Assembly: GCA_902526175.1 (NCBI GenBank)
Contig: CABZJY010000004.1
Location: forward strand, 64,174 to 128,173
Source: an uncultured Alphaproteobacteria bacterium
Lineage (GTDB): Bacteria > Pseudomonadota > Alphaproteobacteria > Methylaequorales > Methylaequoraceae
DNA: 64,000 bases
Reading direction: 5' to 3'
The first letter of the stretch is position 1; each line of letters opens with the position of its first letter. Positions 40,689 to 51,864 of the stretch are shown piece by piece. The translations under genes were made by a program, and so were the position numbers. The notes beneath the pieces are model-generated. The model did not search any database. It worked only from the letters and a program-made list of their open reading frames with translations, and was not told where the DNA came from.

Positions 40689-41321
40689 TTATTTACTATC
40701 TTTTTTATTATTTTTTAGTGGCTTATCATCTTTTTTTAAAGCTACTTTTCTTTTATCTTTCTCATTTTTTTTTAATTTTGATTTTACGCTTTCTTCAGAC
40801 TCTAGTGGAGACTTTGTTTTATTTTTTTTATCCTTTTTAAATAACGTTGAGAATTTTTTTTTATCCAAAATATCTATTTTACCCCCAGCTTTTTTGAATA
40901 AGTCTAGGGCTTTCTTGGACGCAGCATTAGCTTCAATCTCAATTTTTGCATTCAAATTAGAACCTGATAAAATTTTAATTCCTTTATATTTGTTATTAAT
41001 TTTTATATTCATTTTGACAAAGTCAGCTATAGTTATTTTTTTTGAAGAAGATATTTTTTTTGTTTTAACCAAATCGTTTATTAGATCTGTACTTATTAAA
41101 AAATAGTTTTTTTTAAAATTATTTTTAAATCCATGCTTTGGTAATCTCATGTGCAATGGCATTTGACCACCTTCAAATCCATTTATACTAACTCCGCTCC
41201 TTGATTTTTGTCCTTTCATTCCTCTTCCACATGTTTTACCCTTTCCAGAACCAATACCTCTACCAATTCTTTTTGGTTTACGTTTAAGAGAATTATCAAT
41301 TTTAATTTCATTAAGCTTCAT
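40689..41321 (-). CDS. rplO: 50S ribosomal protein L15 (with ~55-aa Lys-rich C-terminal tail)
   Basis: [17 protein letters not shown] core; 210 aa in total. Confidence 0.95.
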   Translation of the reverse strand: MKLNEIKIDNSLKRKPKRIGRGIGSGKGKTCGRGMKGQKSRSGVSINGFEGGQMPLHMRLPKHGFKNNFKKNYFLISTDLINDLVKTKKISSSKKITIADFVKMNIKINNKYKGIKILSGSNLNAKIEIEANAASKKALDLFKKAGGKIDILDKKKFSTLFKKDKKNKTKSPLESEESVKSKLKKNEKDKRKVALKKDDKPLKNNKKDSK

Positions 41322-41326
41322 TTTAA

Positions 41327-41509
41327 TTACCCAACTCTTTCAACTTTTACTAAATGCTTAATCTTTTCAATCATTCCAAGAATACTAGGAGTATTCTCAA
41401 GCTCTTTAGTCCTATTAATTTTATTCAAACCTAACCCAATAAGTGTGTCTCTTTGTGTTTTATTTCTTCCGATTGGGCTTTTAATTTGTGTAATCTTAAT
41501 TTTAGGCAT
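41327..41509 (-). CDS. rpmD: 50S ribosomal protein L30
   Basis: 60 aa; operon position. Confidence 0.95.
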   Translation of the reverse strand: MPKIKITQIKSPIGRNKTQRDTLIGLGLNKINRTKELENTPSILGMIEKIKHLVKVERVG

Positions 41510-42410
41510 CTTGGTTACCTTCTAAATTGATATTTGCGTTTTTTCTCCTCTTTGTTATATCATTAATTTTTAGACCTCGTCTAATAGCAATTAATTTTGG
41601 AGAAGAAACTGATTCAAGTGCTTTAAAAGTTGCTCTAATCATATTGTGAGGATTTGAACTACCAACTGATTTAGCAACAATATCTTGAATACCTAGAGCT
41701 TCAAAAACGGCTCTCATAGGTCCACCTGCAATCACGCCGGTACCTGAAGGTGCACTCCTTAAAAAAACTCTTCCTGAATCAAATCTTCCTGAAATATCGT
41801 GATGTAAAGTTCTCCCTTGACGCAGTGGAACACGCAACATATTTAGTTTTGCCTCATCTGTAGCTTTTTTAATTGCCTCAGGAACCTCTTTAGCCTTTCC
41901 TTTTCCATGCCCTACTTTACCATTACCATCACCTACCACAACTAATGCCGCAAAACTAAATCTTCTACCACCTTTTACGACTTTAGCAACTCTATTAATA
42001 CTAACTAGTTTTTCTATAAATTCGTTATTTTCATCTGACGACTTGTTAGACTTCGATACATTATTTAACTTGTCTTTTTTCTTTGGGTTTTTTGAAGATT
42101 CTGAAACCTTTACACTCTTCTGAGTTTTAGGCTGATCTAATTTTTTTGTTTTGTCACCATTTTTTTGACTGTTTTCTTCCAATGAATTTTTCTGTGTATC
42201 TTGACCAGTAATTTCCTTTGATTCACTTTTACTTTCAGATTTTTGTAAATTATCAGCACCGGTATCTTTAGATACTTTACTATTTATAGAGTTATTTTCA
42301 GACCCCTTATTTAATACAGTTTCTTTGCTTTCTAAATCTTTTTTCTCAAGACCTTTAGTTTTATTGGTCTTTAAATTATTATTAGTATCGTTGTTCTTAT
42401 CTTCAGCCAT
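41502..42410 (-). CDS. rpsE: 30S ribosomal protein S5 (with ~129-aa low-complexity N-terminal extension)
   Basis: The S5 core starts near [20 protein letters not shown]. The only in-frame start upstream of the core is the ATG at 42410, preceded by AGGAAA. Confidence 0.9.
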   Translation of the reverse strand: MAEDKNNDTNNNLKTNKTKGLEKKDLESKETVLNKGSENNSINSKVSKDTGADNLQKSESKSESKEITGQDTQKNSLEENSQKNGDKTKKLDQPKTQKSVKVSESSKNPKKKDKLNNVSKSNKSSDENNEFIEKLVSINRVAKVVKGGRRFSFAALVVVGDGNGKVGHGKGKAKEVPEAIKKATDEAKLNMLRVPLRQGRTLHHDISGRFDSGRVFLRSAPSGTGVIAGGPMRAVFEALGIQDIVAKSVGSSNPHNMIRATFKALESVSSPKLIAIRRGLKINDITKRRKNANINLEGNQDA

Positions 42411-42417
42411 AATTTTC

Positions 42418-42771
42418 CTATATTTTTAAACCTTTTGATCTTGCACCTTCAGCAACTTCTTTTATTCTCCCATGATACTTATATGTACCCCTATCAAATG
42501 TAATCTTATTTTTAAAACCTTTTTCTTTAGCAATAAGTGCTATTTTTTCACCAACTTTAAATGCAGATTCTTTTGTAGAACCAGTTTTCAGTTTTAAGTC
42601 TGAATCAAGAGTTGAAGAAGAAAAAAGAGTTTTATGATTTTTATCATCAATTACTTGAGCATAGATATGTTTGTTTGACCTAAAAACTGACAATCTACAA
42701 TCACTCTTGCTCTTTTTTGATAATCTATACCTATTTCTTTTAAGTCTATTAATTTTATTCATATCAGTCAT
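42418..42771 (-). CDS. rplR: 50S ribosomal protein L18
   Basis: Conserved sequence and operon position. Confidence 0.95.
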   Translation of the reverse strand: MTDMNKINRLKRNRYRLSKKSKSDCRLSVFRSNKHIYAQVIDDKNHKTLFSSSTLDSDLKLKTGSTKESAFKVGEKIALIAKEKGFKNKITFDRGTYKYHGRIKEVAEGARSKGLKI

Positions 42772-43304
42772 TATTTCTTTTTTCCTTCTTTTCGTCTTAT
42801 GATTTCATCGCTATATTTTATACCCTTACCTTTGTATGGTTCTGGTTTTCTAAATGCTCTTATATTTGAAGCAATTTGACCTACTTTTTGTTTATCAACT
42901 CCGAATATATTGATCTCCGTTGGCTTAGAAACACTTATTTTGATATCTTCAGGAATATTAAAATTAATTGGATGAGAATAGCCTAAATTCAATTCAAGAA
43001 TTTTACCTTTCAATATTGCTTTATACCCTACTCCATTTAATACTAAATTTTTGTTAAAACCCTCAGTAACCCCATGAATAATATTAAAAATTCTTGATCT
43101 AACCGTACCCCACATTTGCTTAGATTTTTTTGTATTATCTTTTGGAGACACTTTAATTGAATTGTCAGAAAGTTCAACCTTAGTAAATTGGTCCAATTTA
43201 TATTTCATTTCACCGAGTTTACCTTTTGCAGAAATAAAGCCATCAGCTATATTCACCTGAGTTGAATCAGGTACTTTTATTTCTATTCTTCCACTTCTTG
43301 ACAT
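42771..43304 (-). CDS. rplF: 50S ribosomal protein L6
   Basis: Conserved sequence and operon position. Confidence 0.95.
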   Translation of the reverse strand: MSRSGRIEIKVPDSTQVNIADGFISAKGKLGEMKYKLDQFTKVELSDNSIKVSPKDNTKKSKQMWGTVRSRIFNIIHGVTEGFNKNLVLNGVGYKAILKGKILELNLGYSHPINFNIPEDIKISVSKPTEINIFGVDKQKVGQIASNIRAFRKPEPYKGKGIKYSDEIIRRKEGKKK

Positions 43305-43313
43305 AATTTTTAC

Positions 43314-43709
43314 CTAAAACACTTTACACAAAATTTCGCCACCAACATTTTCTTGTCTAGCCTCGTTATCTGACATAACACCTTTTGATGTAGATAGTAT
43401 TGAAATTCCTAGTCCGTCAAAATTTCTTGGAAGATCCTTAATTTTCGAATAAACGCGTCTTCCTGGGGTCGAAACCCTGGCGATCTTTTTTATTACAGGT
43501 TCACCTTCCAAATACTTAAGTTCAATTTTAAATTCTGGTTTATTGTCTGCACTAATTTTTTCATAGCCCCTGATATATCCTTCTCGCTGAAGAACTTCAA
43601 GAACATTCTCCCTGAATCTAGAAGCAGGCATGTTGACACAATCTTTTCTTCTAATTTGCCCATTTCTAATTCTTGTTAGCATATCGCCCATTGGATCTGA
43701 TAAACTCAT
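43314..43709 (-). CDS. rpsH: 30S ribosomal protein S8
   Basis: [17 protein letters not shown] start. Confidence 0.97.
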   Translation of the reverse strand: MSLSDPMGDMLTRIRNGQIRRKDCVNMPASRFRENVLEVLQREGYIRGYEKISADNKPEFKIELKYLEGEPVIKKIARVSTPGRRVYSKIKDLPRNFDGLGISILSTSKGVMSDNEARQENVGGEILCKVF

Positions 43710-43726
43710 CTTTCTACCTTTCTATT

Positions 43727-44032
43727 TTACCAACTCGATTTTGTTATTCCTGGAATTTGCCCCATAGAAGACAATTCTCGGAATGCAATCCTTGACAAAT
43801 TAAATTTTCTTAAAACGCCTCGACCTCTTCCAGTCACAATGCACCTATTTCGAATTCTTACTTTTGAGGCATTTCTTGGGATTTTTGACAGTTTTAGTCT
43901 TGCTTTAAACTGCTCCTCCGGGGAAATATTCTTGTTGTTAGCAATTTTTAAAAGTTTGTCGTGTTTATTTTTATACTTTTTAAATAAACGTACTCTTTTT
44001 TTATTTCTCTCTACAATACTTCTTTTTGACAT
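43727..44032 (-). CDS. rpsN: 30S ribosomal protein S14 (long, non-zinc form)
   Basis: 101 aa, a single Cys and no CxxC pairs. Confidence 0.95.
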   Translation of the reverse strand: MSKRSIVERNKKRVRLFKKYKNKHDKLLKIANNKNISPEEQFKARLKLSKIPRNASKVRIRNRCIVTGRGRGVLRKFNLSRIAFRELSSMGQIPGITKSSW

Positions 44033-44042
44033 ACTATCTCCT

Positions 44043-44579
44043 TTAGTTAAATGGAAAGTTGAAGCCTTTTAAAAGCTCCATTGCTTCACTATCCTTCTTT
44101 GCCGATGTTACTATTGTTATATCCATTCCTCGAACTTTGTCTATTTTGTCATAGTTAATTTCTGGGAAAATAATTTGTTCTTTTATTCCTAGAGAATAAT
44201 TTCCATTACCATCAAAACTCTTCTTTGACAATCCTTTAAAATCTCTAACTCTAGGAAGAGCAATAGTTATTAATCTATCAATAAATTCATACATCCTATC
44301 TTTTCTTAAAGTAACTTTACAACCAATATTCATTCCTTTTCTCAACTTAAAACCAGCAATAGATTTTTTAGCTTTTGTTACAGATGGTTTCTGACCTGTA
44401 ATTAAAGCTAAATCGTCTACAGCAGCATTAATCTTCTTCGAATCTGCAACGTTCTCTCCAACACCAATATTGACAACAATTTTTTCTAACCTTGGTGTTT
44501 GCAAAATGTTACTATAATTAAACTTTTGCATTAAGGAAGGTCTTAACTTTTCAGTATAAAATTGTTTTAATCTAGCCAT
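44043..44579 (-). CDS. rplE: 50S ribosomal protein L5
   Basis: Conserved sequence and operon position. Confidence 0.97.
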   Translation of the reverse strand: MARLKQFYTEKLRPSLMQKFNYSNILQTPRLEKIVVNIGVGENVADSKKINAAVDDLALITGQKPSVTKAKKSIAGFKLRKGMNIGCKVTLRKDRMYEFIDRLITIALPRVRDFKGLSKKSFDGNGNYSLGIKEQIIFPEINYDKIDKVRGMDITIVTSAKKDSEAMELLKGFNFPFN

Positions 44580-44581
44580 AA

Positions 44582-44890
44582 TTAACCAACTGTTTCTCCA
44601 GACTTTTTAAAAAATCTTATTTTTTTTCCATCTTCTAAAAATTTAAAACCCACTCTAGAAGGTTTATTTGTCTTTGGGTCAAGCATCATCAAGTTCGACA
44701 AATGAATTGGCATTTCCACAGTTTCAATACCACCTTTATTTGTTTGAGATGGCTTGGTATGCTTTTTTACAAGATTAATGCCTTCAACAAATGCTTTTGA
44801 CTTTTTTGTCAATATTTTGGTAACCTTACCAGTTTTACCTTTATCTTTGCCAGAAACAACACTAACCATATCACCTTTTTTTATTTTCAT
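44582..44890 (-). CDS. rplX: 50S ribosomal protein L24
   Basis: Start placed at the ATG giving MKIKKGDMV... The ORF-track start two codons upstream is a GTG that overlaps the rplN stop. Confidence 0.93.
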   Translation of the reverse strand: MKIKKGDMVSVVSGKDKGKTGKVTKILTKKSKAFVEGINLVKKHTKPSQTNKGGIETVEMPIHLSNLMMLDPKTNKPSRVGFKFLEDGKKIRFFKKSGETVG

Positions 44891-44895
44891 ACTCA

Positions 44896-45264
44896 CTATA
44901 AGACCTCCGGTGCAAGTGATATTATTTTCATATACTTCTTAGACCTTAACTCTCTAGTTACAGGTCCAAAAATTCTTGTGCCAAGGGGCTCGCCATTGTT
45001 ATTTATTAAAACAGCAGAATTGTTGTCAAACTTAATTGAACTCCCGTCATTTCTATATATTTCTTTTGCTGTACGAACAATCACAGCTTTATGAATTTCC
45101 CCTTTTTTAACTTTTCCACGAGGAATAGCGTCTTTAACAGTAATAACAATTACATCTCCAATTGAGGCTGACTTTCTTTTAGACCCACCAAGAACTTTTA
45201 TACATTGCACAGATTTCGCTCCTGAATTGTCTGCTATATTAAGTGTACTTTGCATTTGAATCAT
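44896..45264 (-). CDS. rplN: 50S ribosomal protein L14
   Basis: [17 protein letters not shown] start. Confidence 0.97.
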   Translation of the reverse strand: MIQMQSTLNIADNSGAKSVQCIKVLGGSKRKSASIGDVIVITVKDAIPRGKVKKGEIHKAVIVRTAKEIYRNDGSSIKFDNNSAVLINNNGEPLGTRIFGPVTRELRSKKYMKIISLAPEVL

Positions 45265-45271
45265 AATATTC

Positions 45272-45499
45272 CTAACTAACTAATACCCATTTCTTAGTTT
45301 TAGAAATTGGTTTATTTTCTTGTATTTTTACAATCTGACCAATTTTACAAGAGTTTTTTTCATCATGTGCAGCATACTTTTTTGTTCTTTTAATATATTT
45401 TTTATATACTGGGTGCATAATTCTTCTTTCTACTAAAACAGAAATTGTTTTATCAGCTTTATTAGATACAACTACTCCTTGTAATACTCTCTTTGGCAT
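45272..45499 (-). CDS. rpsQ: 30S ribosomal protein S17
   Basis: Conserved sequence and operon position. Confidence 0.95.
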   Translation of the reverse strand: MPKRVLQGVVVSNKADKTISVLVERRIMHPVYKKYIKRTKKYAAHDEKNSCKIGQIVKIQENKPISKTKKWVLVS

Positions 45500-45504
45500 T
45501 TATT

Positions 45505-45699
45505 TCACTTCCTAAAATTTTCGTTATAAATTGTCTTTAATCTCGCTATTTCCTTCCTAACAATAGAAATTCTAACTGTATTTTCTAACTGCCCACTAGC
45601 CTTTTGAAATCTCAGGTTTAAAGATTCTTTTCTAAAATCTTTAATTTTTTCAATGATCTCTTTTGCTTTTAAATCTCTATACTCTTTTATTTTTTTCAT
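45505..45699 (-). CDS. rpmC: 50S ribosomal protein L29
   Basis: 64 aa; operon position. Confidence 0.93.
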   Translation of the reverse strand: MKKIKEYRDLKAKEIIEKIKDFRKESLNLRFQKASGQLENTVRISIVRKEIARLKTIYNENFRK

Positions 45700-45701
45700 A
45701 T

Positions 45702-46115
45702 CTACCTTCCAAGCCTCGCCACAAATTTACTATTATTTGGTAATTTTTCCGATGCAAGCGTTAGTGCTTCTTTTGCCAGATCTCTAGCTACTCCATCAAT
45801 TTCAAACATTATTTTTCCTGGCTTTACTTTGGCTGCCCAAAATTCCACAGCACCTTTACCTTTTCCTTGTCTTACTTCTGCTGGTTTCTTTGTAACTGGT
45901 ACATCAGGAAAAATTCTAATCCAAACTCGCCCAGATCTCTTTAAATGTCTTGAAATTGTTCTTCTGGCAGCTTCAATTTGCCTTGAGGTAATTCTAGCTG
46001 GAGACAAGGCTTTTAGTCCAAAGGACCCAAAGTTTAAAAGATTTCCACCTTTTGAAAACCCGTGCATCCTTCCTTTAAATTGTTTTCTATATTTTGGTTT
46101 TTTTGGTTGTAACAT
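45702..46115 (-). CDS. rplP: 50S ribosomal protein L16
   Basis: [16 protein letters not shown] start. Confidence 0.97.
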   Translation of the reverse strand: MLQPKKPKYRKQFKGRMHGFSKGGNLLNFGSFGLKALSPARITSRQIEAARRTISRHLKRSGRVWIRIFPDVPVTKKPAEVRQGKGKGAVEFWAAKVKPGKIMFEIDGVARDLAKEALTLASEKLPNNSKFVARLGR

Positions 46116-46137
46116 AATTTTAAAATCCTTTTAAGTT

Positions 46138-46827
46138 TTATAAGATATTAGTATCAGCCTTTTTTACTTCTTCATTATTCTTTTCTGAGGCCATCGGGTC
46201 ATGCTCCATAATCTCACCTTTGAAAATCCAAACTTTTATACCACAAATACCATACGTTGTATTTGCTCTCGATACACCATAATCAATATTTGCTCTTAAA
46301 GTGTGTAGAGGGACCCTACCTTCTCTATACCACTCCATTCTTGCTATTTCCGCTCCACCAAGTCTTCCGCTACAATTTATTCTTATACCTAAAGCACCTA
46401 CCCTGATAGCAGACTGAACAGCTCTTTTCATTGCTCTTCTAAATGCTACTCTTCTTTCTAATTGTTGAGCAATATTATCTGCCACGAGTTTAGCGTCAAC
46501 CTCAGGTTTTCTTATTTCAACTATATTTAAACTCGCATCACCACCAACCATTTTTACAATATCGTTCCTCAACTTTTCGATATCAGAACCTTTTTTTCCT
46601 ATAATAACTCCCGGTCGTGCTGTATGAACTGTAATTTTAGCGAGTTTAGCTGGTCTCTCTATTACAATCTTGGAAATACCTGCTGAAGCCAATCTTTTTT
46701 GAATAAATTTTCTTAGTTTAAGATCTTCTTCTAATAATTTAGAGTAGTTTTTTTCAGCAAACCATCTCGATTCCCAGGATTTATTTATACCAAGCCTTAA
46801 ACCAATTGGATTAACTTTTTGACCCAT
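46138..46827 (-). CDS. rpsC: 30S ribosomal protein S3
   Basis: Start moved to [13 protein letters not shown]. It overlaps the rplV tail by 17 nt. Confidence 0.95.
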   Translation of the reverse strand: MGQKVNPIGLRLGINKSWESRWFAEKNYSKLLEEDLKLRKFIQKRLASAGISKIVIERPAKLAKITVHTARPGVIIGKKGSDIEKLRNDIVKMVGGDASLNIVEIRKPEVDAKLVADNIAQQLERRVAFRRAMKRAVQSAIRVGALGIRINCSGRLGGAEIARMEWYREGRVPLHTLRANIDYGVSRANTTYGICGIKVWIFKGEIMEHDPMASEKNNEEVKKADTNIL

Positions 46828-47419
46828 CTTTTTTTCCTTTTTCATTATTATTCTCAATCTTACTGATTAAAGAATCTTTATCACTTTGTTCATTTTGCAC
46901 ATTTTTTTTAACATCTTCTTTTGTTTCAACTTTTTCTATTTTCGAGTTATTTTCATTACTCGAAATATTTTTATTTTTTACCTCAACAGAATTGTCTATT
47001 TTATTAGACAATTTTTGTTTATTTTCTGGATTATCTTTACTTTCTTGTTGCTCTTTTAAAATTATCTTGATTTTTGAAAAAGGCTTTAAAATTTTTCCAG
47101 ACCTACCTCTTGCTCTAGGTCTAAATCTTTTCATAACCATTGATTTACCTACTAAGGCCTCATGGACAACGAGTTTATCAATATCCAATTGGTGATTATT
47201 TTCAGCATTAGAAATAGCAGATTTTAATATTTTCTTAATTTCATTTGAAATTCTTTTATTAGAAAATTCCAGAATATTAAGTGCTTCTTCAGCCTCTAAT
47301 CCTCTAATTAATCCCAAAACTAGATTAGCTTTTTGCGGACTTATTTTAATAGATTTTGCGGATGCTTTTGCTAATAATATTTGATTATCCTGAGTTTCAT
47401 TTATTTTCTTTTCTGCCAT
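46811..47419 (-). CDS. rplV: 50S ribosomal protein L22 (with ~78-aa low-complexity C-terminal tail)
   Basis: Start moved to MAEKKINE.., directly after the rpsS stop. The L22 core ends near ..KIKIILKEQ. Confidence 0.92.
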   Translation of the reverse strand: MAEKKINETQDNQILLAKASAKSIKISPQKANLVLGLIRGLEAEEALNILEFSNKRISNEIKKILKSAISNAENNHQLDIDKLVVHEALVGKSMVMKRFRPRARGRSGKILKPFSKIKIILKEQQESKDNPENKQKLSNKIDNSVEVKNKNISSNENNSKIEKVETKEDVKKNVQNEQSDKDSLISKIENNNEKGKKDGSKS

Positions 47420-47420
47420 T

Positions 47421-47696
47421 TTATTTACCTGTTTTCTTATCTGCGGTGTGTCCTTTATAGGTTCTTGTAGGTGAAAACTCACCAAATTTATGTCCGACCA
47501 TATTTTCACTTACTGTTACAGGAACATGTTTTTTTCCATTATGAACTCCAAAAGTTAATCCTACAAATTGTGGTAATATAGTAGATCTTCTAGACCAAGT
47601 TTTAATAACATCATTTCTACCTGATTGTCTTACTGTTTCTGCTTTTTTCAACAAATAAGAGTCTACATAAGGTCCTTTCCATACTGATCTTGCCAT
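47421..47696 (-). CDS. rpsS: 30S ribosomal protein S19
   Basis: [12 protein letters not shown] start. Confidence 0.97.
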   Translation of the reverse strand: MARSVWKGPYVDSYLLKKAETVRQSGRNDVIKTWSRRSTILPQFVGLTFGVHNGKKHVPVTVSENMVGHKFGEFSPTRTYKGHTADKKTGK

Positions 47697-47704
47697 AATA
47701 AAAC

Positions 47705-48532
47705 CTATCTTTTATGCCTGCTTTTAATAATTAATTTATCAGTTCTTTTGTTATTTCTAGTCCTCTTACCTTTTGCAGATTGCCCCCAAGGTGAAACAGG
47801 GTTTCTTCCTCCCGATGTTCTTCCTTCACCCCCACCATGTGGATGATCAACTGGATTCATAGCTACACCCCTAACTGAAGGCCTTTTCCCAAGCCATCTA
47901 TTTCTTCCGGCTTTACCAAGTTTTTCATTTTTCCTGTCAGGGTTTGAAACCATTCCGATTGTTGCTCTGCACTCTACTCTAACAGATCTCATCTCGCCAG
48001 ATACTAACTTAACTTGAGCATATTCTTGGTCTTTGCCAGCTAATTGACCAAAAGTGCCAGCTGACCTAATCATTTGACCTCCTTTTCCAGGTTTCATTTC
48101 TACATTATGTATAATACTACCAACAGGTATATTTTTAATCTTCAAACAATTTCCTGGTTTTATCTCAGCACTGTCAGATGAAAGAACCTGATCACCAACA
48201 GATAATTTTTGCGGACAAATTATATAATTGTATTCATTATCAGCATATTTTATTAAAGCAATGAAAGAAGACCTATTTGGATCATATTCTATTCTTTCTA
48301 CCTTTCCAGTAACATCTGTTTTATTTCTTTTAAAATCTATAATTCTGTATTTTCTTTTGTGTCCACCACCTTTTCTTCTAGATGTAACATGACCGTGATT
48401 ATTCCGACCACCTGAAGAACTCAAACCAGTTGCTAGAGCCTTAAAAGGTTTTCCTTTATATAATGACTCTTTACTTGTAAGGACTAGACCTCTTTGACCA
48501 GGTGTCATCGGTTTAAATTTTTTTAAAGCCAT
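47705..48532 (-). CDS. rplB: 50S ribosomal protein L2
   Basis: 275 aa with [19 protein letters not shown] and [11 protein letters not shown]. Confidence 0.97.
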   Translation of the reverse strand: MALKKFKPMTPGQRGLVLTSKESLYKGKPFKALATGLSSSGGRNNHGHVTSRRKGGGHKRKYRIIDFKRNKTDVTGKVERIEYDPNRSSFIALIKYADNEYNYIICPQKLSVGDQVLSSDSAEIKPGNCLKIKNIPVGSIIHNVEMKPGKGGQMIRSAGTFGQLAGKDQEYAQVKLVSGEMRSVRVECRATIGMVSNPDRKNEKLGKAGRNRWLGKRPSVRGVAMNPVDHPHGGGEGRTSGGRNPVSPWGQSAKGKRTRNNKRTDKLIIKSRHKR

Positions 48533-48534
48533 TC

Positions 48535-48840
48535 TTATTTAACTCCCACTGAAACATCTATTGTGTTATCTTTTTCAAGCTTAACATAAGCTTTTTTAAC
48601 GTTAACTCTTGACCCAATTTTACCTTTAAATCTTTTTTTCTTTCCTTTTTGTATTAAGGTATTAACAGATTTCACTTTTACATTAAAAATCCGTTCAACA
48701 GCTGTTTTAATTTCAACCTTCTTTGAATCAATTGAAACTTTAAATACGTAATGATTAAACTGAGATACAAAAGTTGACTTTTCCGAAATAAGCGGAGATC
48801 TAATTACTTCAAATGACCTTCCTTGTGAGATATTACCCAT
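48535..48840 (-). CDS. rplW: 50S ribosomal protein L23
   Basis: Start placed at the second ATG (AAGG 8 nt upstream, 8-nt overlap with rplD), giving 101 aa. Confidence 0.9.
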   Translation of the reverse strand: MGNISQGRSFEVIRSPLISEKSTFVSQFNHYVFKVSIDSKKVEIKTAVERIFNVKVKSVNTLIQKGKKKRFKGKIGSRVNVKKAYVKLEKDNTIDVSVGVK

Positions 48841-49459
48841 GCTTAAACCTTTCATTGATTAAATTTAGGGCATCTTCGGAGATAAACAAATAATCTCTCT
48901 TTAGTATATTGTAAACGTTAAGACCTTGAGATGGTAAAACATCAATATTAGGAATATTTTTAGATGCATTTAAGAAGTTTTTTTCAATTTCCTTTCCGCC
49001 GATAAACAAAATAGATTTAGCTTCAAATTTTTTGATTTTGTCTTTAAGAAATGATGTTTTAGATTTTGATAAGGTTAAGTCACTTAGTATTTTAATTTTT
49101 CCCTCACTACATTTTTGAGACAAACTCATTTTTAAAGCTAATGATCTAATTTTTTTTGGTAGTTTGTGAGCGTGTGATCTTACTCTAGGTCCAAACATAG
49201 CAGAGCCTCCCCTCATATGAGGAGATCTTCTACTTCCTTGTCGAGCACTACCAGTACCTTTTTGTTTAAAGGGTTTTTTTGTAGTTCCAGAAATTTCAGA
49301 AATACTTTTAGTACTGTGATTCCCAGATTGCTTTTTTGCTAGCTGATATCTAACCATTCTATAGATAATTTCGTTTTTGACTTCAATTTGAAAGATGTTC
49401 TTATCAAGATTAACCTCTTTTAATGTTTTATTATCAAGTGAACAAACATTTATTTTCAT
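48833..49459 (-). CDS. rplD: 50S ribosomal protein L4
   Basis: Conserved sequence and operon position. Confidence 0.95.
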   Translation of the reverse strand: MKINVCSLDNKTLKEVNLDKNIFQIEVKNEIIYRMVRYQLAKKQSGNHSTKSISEISGTTKKPFKQKGTGSARQGSRRSPHMRGGSAMFGPRVRSHAHKLPKKIRSLALKMSLSQKCSEGKIKILSDLTLSKSKTSFLKDKIKKFEAKSILFIGGKEIEKNFLNASKNIPNIDVLPSQGLNVYNILKRDYLFISEDALNLINERFKHG

Positions 49460-50310
49460 TTGCTTTCACCTTGCTTTTCAGTTTTATTATCTTCATCAAC
49501 AGATTTATCATTTACATTAGGGGTTGCTTTCTTATTTTCATCCATTTTTTGTGAAGTCACATTGTTATTTTCGATATTGTCATTAGTTACTTCATTGGTA
49601 GGATCTTGGTTTAAGTCTTGGTCAGAATTATTTTCTTCTTTTTGAACAGATTTATTAAATGTTGGATACGGTAAATCCTGCTTAAGTTTTACAGCATCAG
49701 CAATTGTTACATATAACCCTCTAGGCCCAGGTACTGATCCTTTCACAAGGATTAAATCATCTTCAATCACGGTTTTAACAACTTCTAAATTCTGTACAGT
49801 CCTTTTTACATTTCCTAATCTACCAGCCATTTTTTTTCCTTTAAATACTTTTCCTGGATCCTGGCATTGACCGGTGGAACCGTGCGATCTGTGAGAAATA
49901 GAAACGCCGTGAGTTGCTCTATTCCCAGCAAAATTATGTCGTTTCATGCCTCCAGCAAAACCTTTACCAATCGTAAAGCCAGTAACATCAACTTTTTGTC
50001 CAATAACAAAATGTTGACATGTAATTTTTGTGCCTTTTTCTAAAAAACCGTTATCAGAAACTCTAAATTCACGTAACATTTTAGAGATAGGCATTTTATT
50101 TTTTTTATAGAATCCTTTAGTTGGTTTATTTGCATTTTTTTCCTTTTTTCCAAATGAAACTGACACAGCATTGTAACCGTCAAGATTTTCAACCTTTTTT
50201 TGAATAACAGTACAATTATCCATTTGCAAAACTGTCACAGGAATATTAGAGCCATCATCTTTAAAGATTCGGCTCATTCCAATTTTTTTTGCTATCACAC
50301 CAGTTCTCAT
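49456..50310 (-). CDS. rplC: 50S ribosomal protein L3 (with ~65-aa acidic/Asn-rich C-terminal tail)
   Basis: MRTGVIAKKIGMSRIF start; 284 aa in total. Confidence 0.95.
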   Translation of the reverse strand: MRTGVIAKKIGMSRIFKDDGSNIPVTVLQMDNCTVIQKKVENLDGYNAVSVSFGKKEKNANKPTKGFYKKNKMPISKMLREFRVSDNGFLEKGTKITCQHFVIGQKVDVTGFTIGKGFAGGMKRHNFAGNRATHGVSISHRSHGSTGQCQDPGKVFKGKKMAGRLGNVKRTVQNLEVVKTVIEDDLILVKGSVPGPRGLYVTIADAVKLKQDLPYPTFNKSVQKEENNSDQDLNQDPTNEVTNDNIENNNVTSQKMDENKKATPNVNDKSVDEDNKTEKQGESK

Positions 50311-50318
50311 AGATTCCC

Positions 50319-50627
50319 CTAGAGTTTAATCTCAACATCAACACCAGAAGCGAGCTCCAACTTCATTAAAGCGTCAACTGTTTGTGGAGTCCAATCAACT
50401 ATATCCATCATCCTCTTATGAGTCCTCATTTCAAGTTGATCTCTCGATTTTTTATCAACATGCGGAGATTTTAAAATAGTAAATTTTTCTATTCTGGTAG
50501 GCAAAGGTATGGGACCTTTAACATTTGCTCCAGTTCTCTTTGCAGTACTAAGAATCTCTTGCGCACTTTGATCAAGTACTCTGTGATCGAACGCCTTAAG
50601 TCTAATCCTTATGTTTTGATCCGCCAT
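50319..50627 (-). CDS. rpsJ: 30S ribosomal protein S10
   Basis: [16 protein letters not shown] start region. Confidence 0.97.
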   Translation of the reverse strand: MADQNIRIRLKAFDHRVLDQSAQEILSTAKRTGANVKGPIPLPTRIEKFTILKSPHVDKKSRDQLEMRTHKRMMDIVDWTPQTVDALMKLELASGVDVEIKL

Positions 50628-50649
50628 TTTTTATAATCCAAATTCAGTC

Positions 50650-51840
50650 TTATTCTACAATCTCAGACACAACACCAGCACCTACCGTTCTTCCACCTTC
50701 TCTAATAGCAAACCTTAGGCCTTTATCCATTGCTATTGGAGTAAGTAGTTCTACGGACATTGCTACATTATCGCCTGGCATGACCATCTCAGTTCCTGAA
50801 GGTAACTCAATTTGACCGGTAACATCAGTTGTCCTAAAGTAAAATTGCGGTCTATAATTTTTAAAGAATGGCGTATGTCTACCTCCCTCATCTTTATTCA
50901 AAATATAAGCCTCAGCTTTGAATTTTTTGTGAGGTTTTATTGAACCTGGTTTTGCTAAAACTTGGCCCCTTTCAACATCTTCTCTTTTTGTACCTCTTAA
51001 CAAAACGCCAACGTTGTCTCCAGCCTCCCCTCTGTCAAGAAGTTTTCTGAACATTTCTACACCAGTACACACAGTCTTTGTTGTATCTTTTATACCAATA
51101 ATTTCAATTTCCTCGTTGACATTAACTACACCTTTTTCTACTCGACCAGTAACAACTGTGCCTCTACCAGATATAGAGAATACATCCTCAATTGGCATTA
51201 AGAAGTCTTGATCAAGAGGTCTAGCTGGCTGTGGTATAAATTCATCAATTTTACCCATCAATTCAAGTATAGCTTTTTTGCCAGTTTCCTCATTAGATGA
51301 CTCAACAGCTGCTAAGGCGGACCCTTTAACGATTGGTATATTATCTCCATCGAACTCATACTTAGTAAGTAAGTCTCTAACTTCTACTTCAACAAGCTCT
51401 AAAAGTTCTGGATCATCAACCTGATCGACCTTATTCAAGAAAACTACCAATGATGGCACACCAACTTGTCTTGCTAATAATATATGTTCTCTTGTTTGTG
51501 GCATTGGACCGTCTGCAGCAGATACTACTAAGATAGCCCCGTCCATTTGGGCTGCGCCTGTAATCATGTTTTTTACATAATCAGCATGACCTGGACAATC
51601 TACATGAGCATAATGCCTCTTATCTGTTTCATATTCAACATGAGCAGTTGATATAGTAATGCCTCTCTCTTTTTCTTCAGGAGCCTTATCAATTTGTGCA
51701 TAATCCATGGCAGTTGCGCCTCCAGTTTCTGCAAGTACTTTAGTAATAGCTGCCGTCAAAGTGGTTTTGCCGTGATCAACATGACCAATTGTACCAATAT
51801 TACAGTGTGGCTTACTTCTATCAAATTTTTCTTTAGACAT
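50650..51840 (-). CDS. tuf: elongation factor Tu
   Basis: 396 aa with [22 protein letters not shown]. Confidence 0.98.
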   Translation of the reverse strand: MSKEKFDRSKPHCNIGTIGHVDHGKTTLTAAITKVLAETGGATAMDYAQIDKAPEEKERGITISTAHVEYETDKRHYAHVDCPGHADYVKNMITGAAQMDGAILVVSAADGPMPQTREHILLARQVGVPSLVVFLNKVDQVDDPELLELVEVEVRDLLTKYEFDGDNIPIVKGSALAAVESSNEETGKKAILELMGKIDEFIPQPARPLDQDFLMPIEDVFSISGRGTVVTGRVEKGVVNVNEEIEIIGIKDTTKTVCTGVEMFRKLLDRGEAGDNVGVLLRGTKREDVERGQVLAKPGSIKPHKKFKAEAYILNKDEGGRHTPFFKNYRPQFYFRTTDVTGQIELPSGTEMVMPGDNVAMSVELLTPIAMDKGLRFAIREGGRTVGAGVVSEIVE

Positions 51841-51864
51841 ATTTATCTCCTTAATTTAAAATTA

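Noticed and set aside
40666-41106. 146-aa plus-strand ORF antisense to rplO.
   Set aside because: It lies entirely antisense to a conserved ribosomal gene, with a low-complexity F/L/S composition typical of the reverse strand of K/E-rich coding DNA.
46828-46857. Upstream starts for rpsC (46857), and likewise for rplV (47509), rpoC (TTG 59073), rplX (GTG 44896) and rplW (48855).
   Set aside because: Homologous N-termini, Shine-Dalgarno positions and neighbouring stop codons favour the downstream ATGs given in the feature table.
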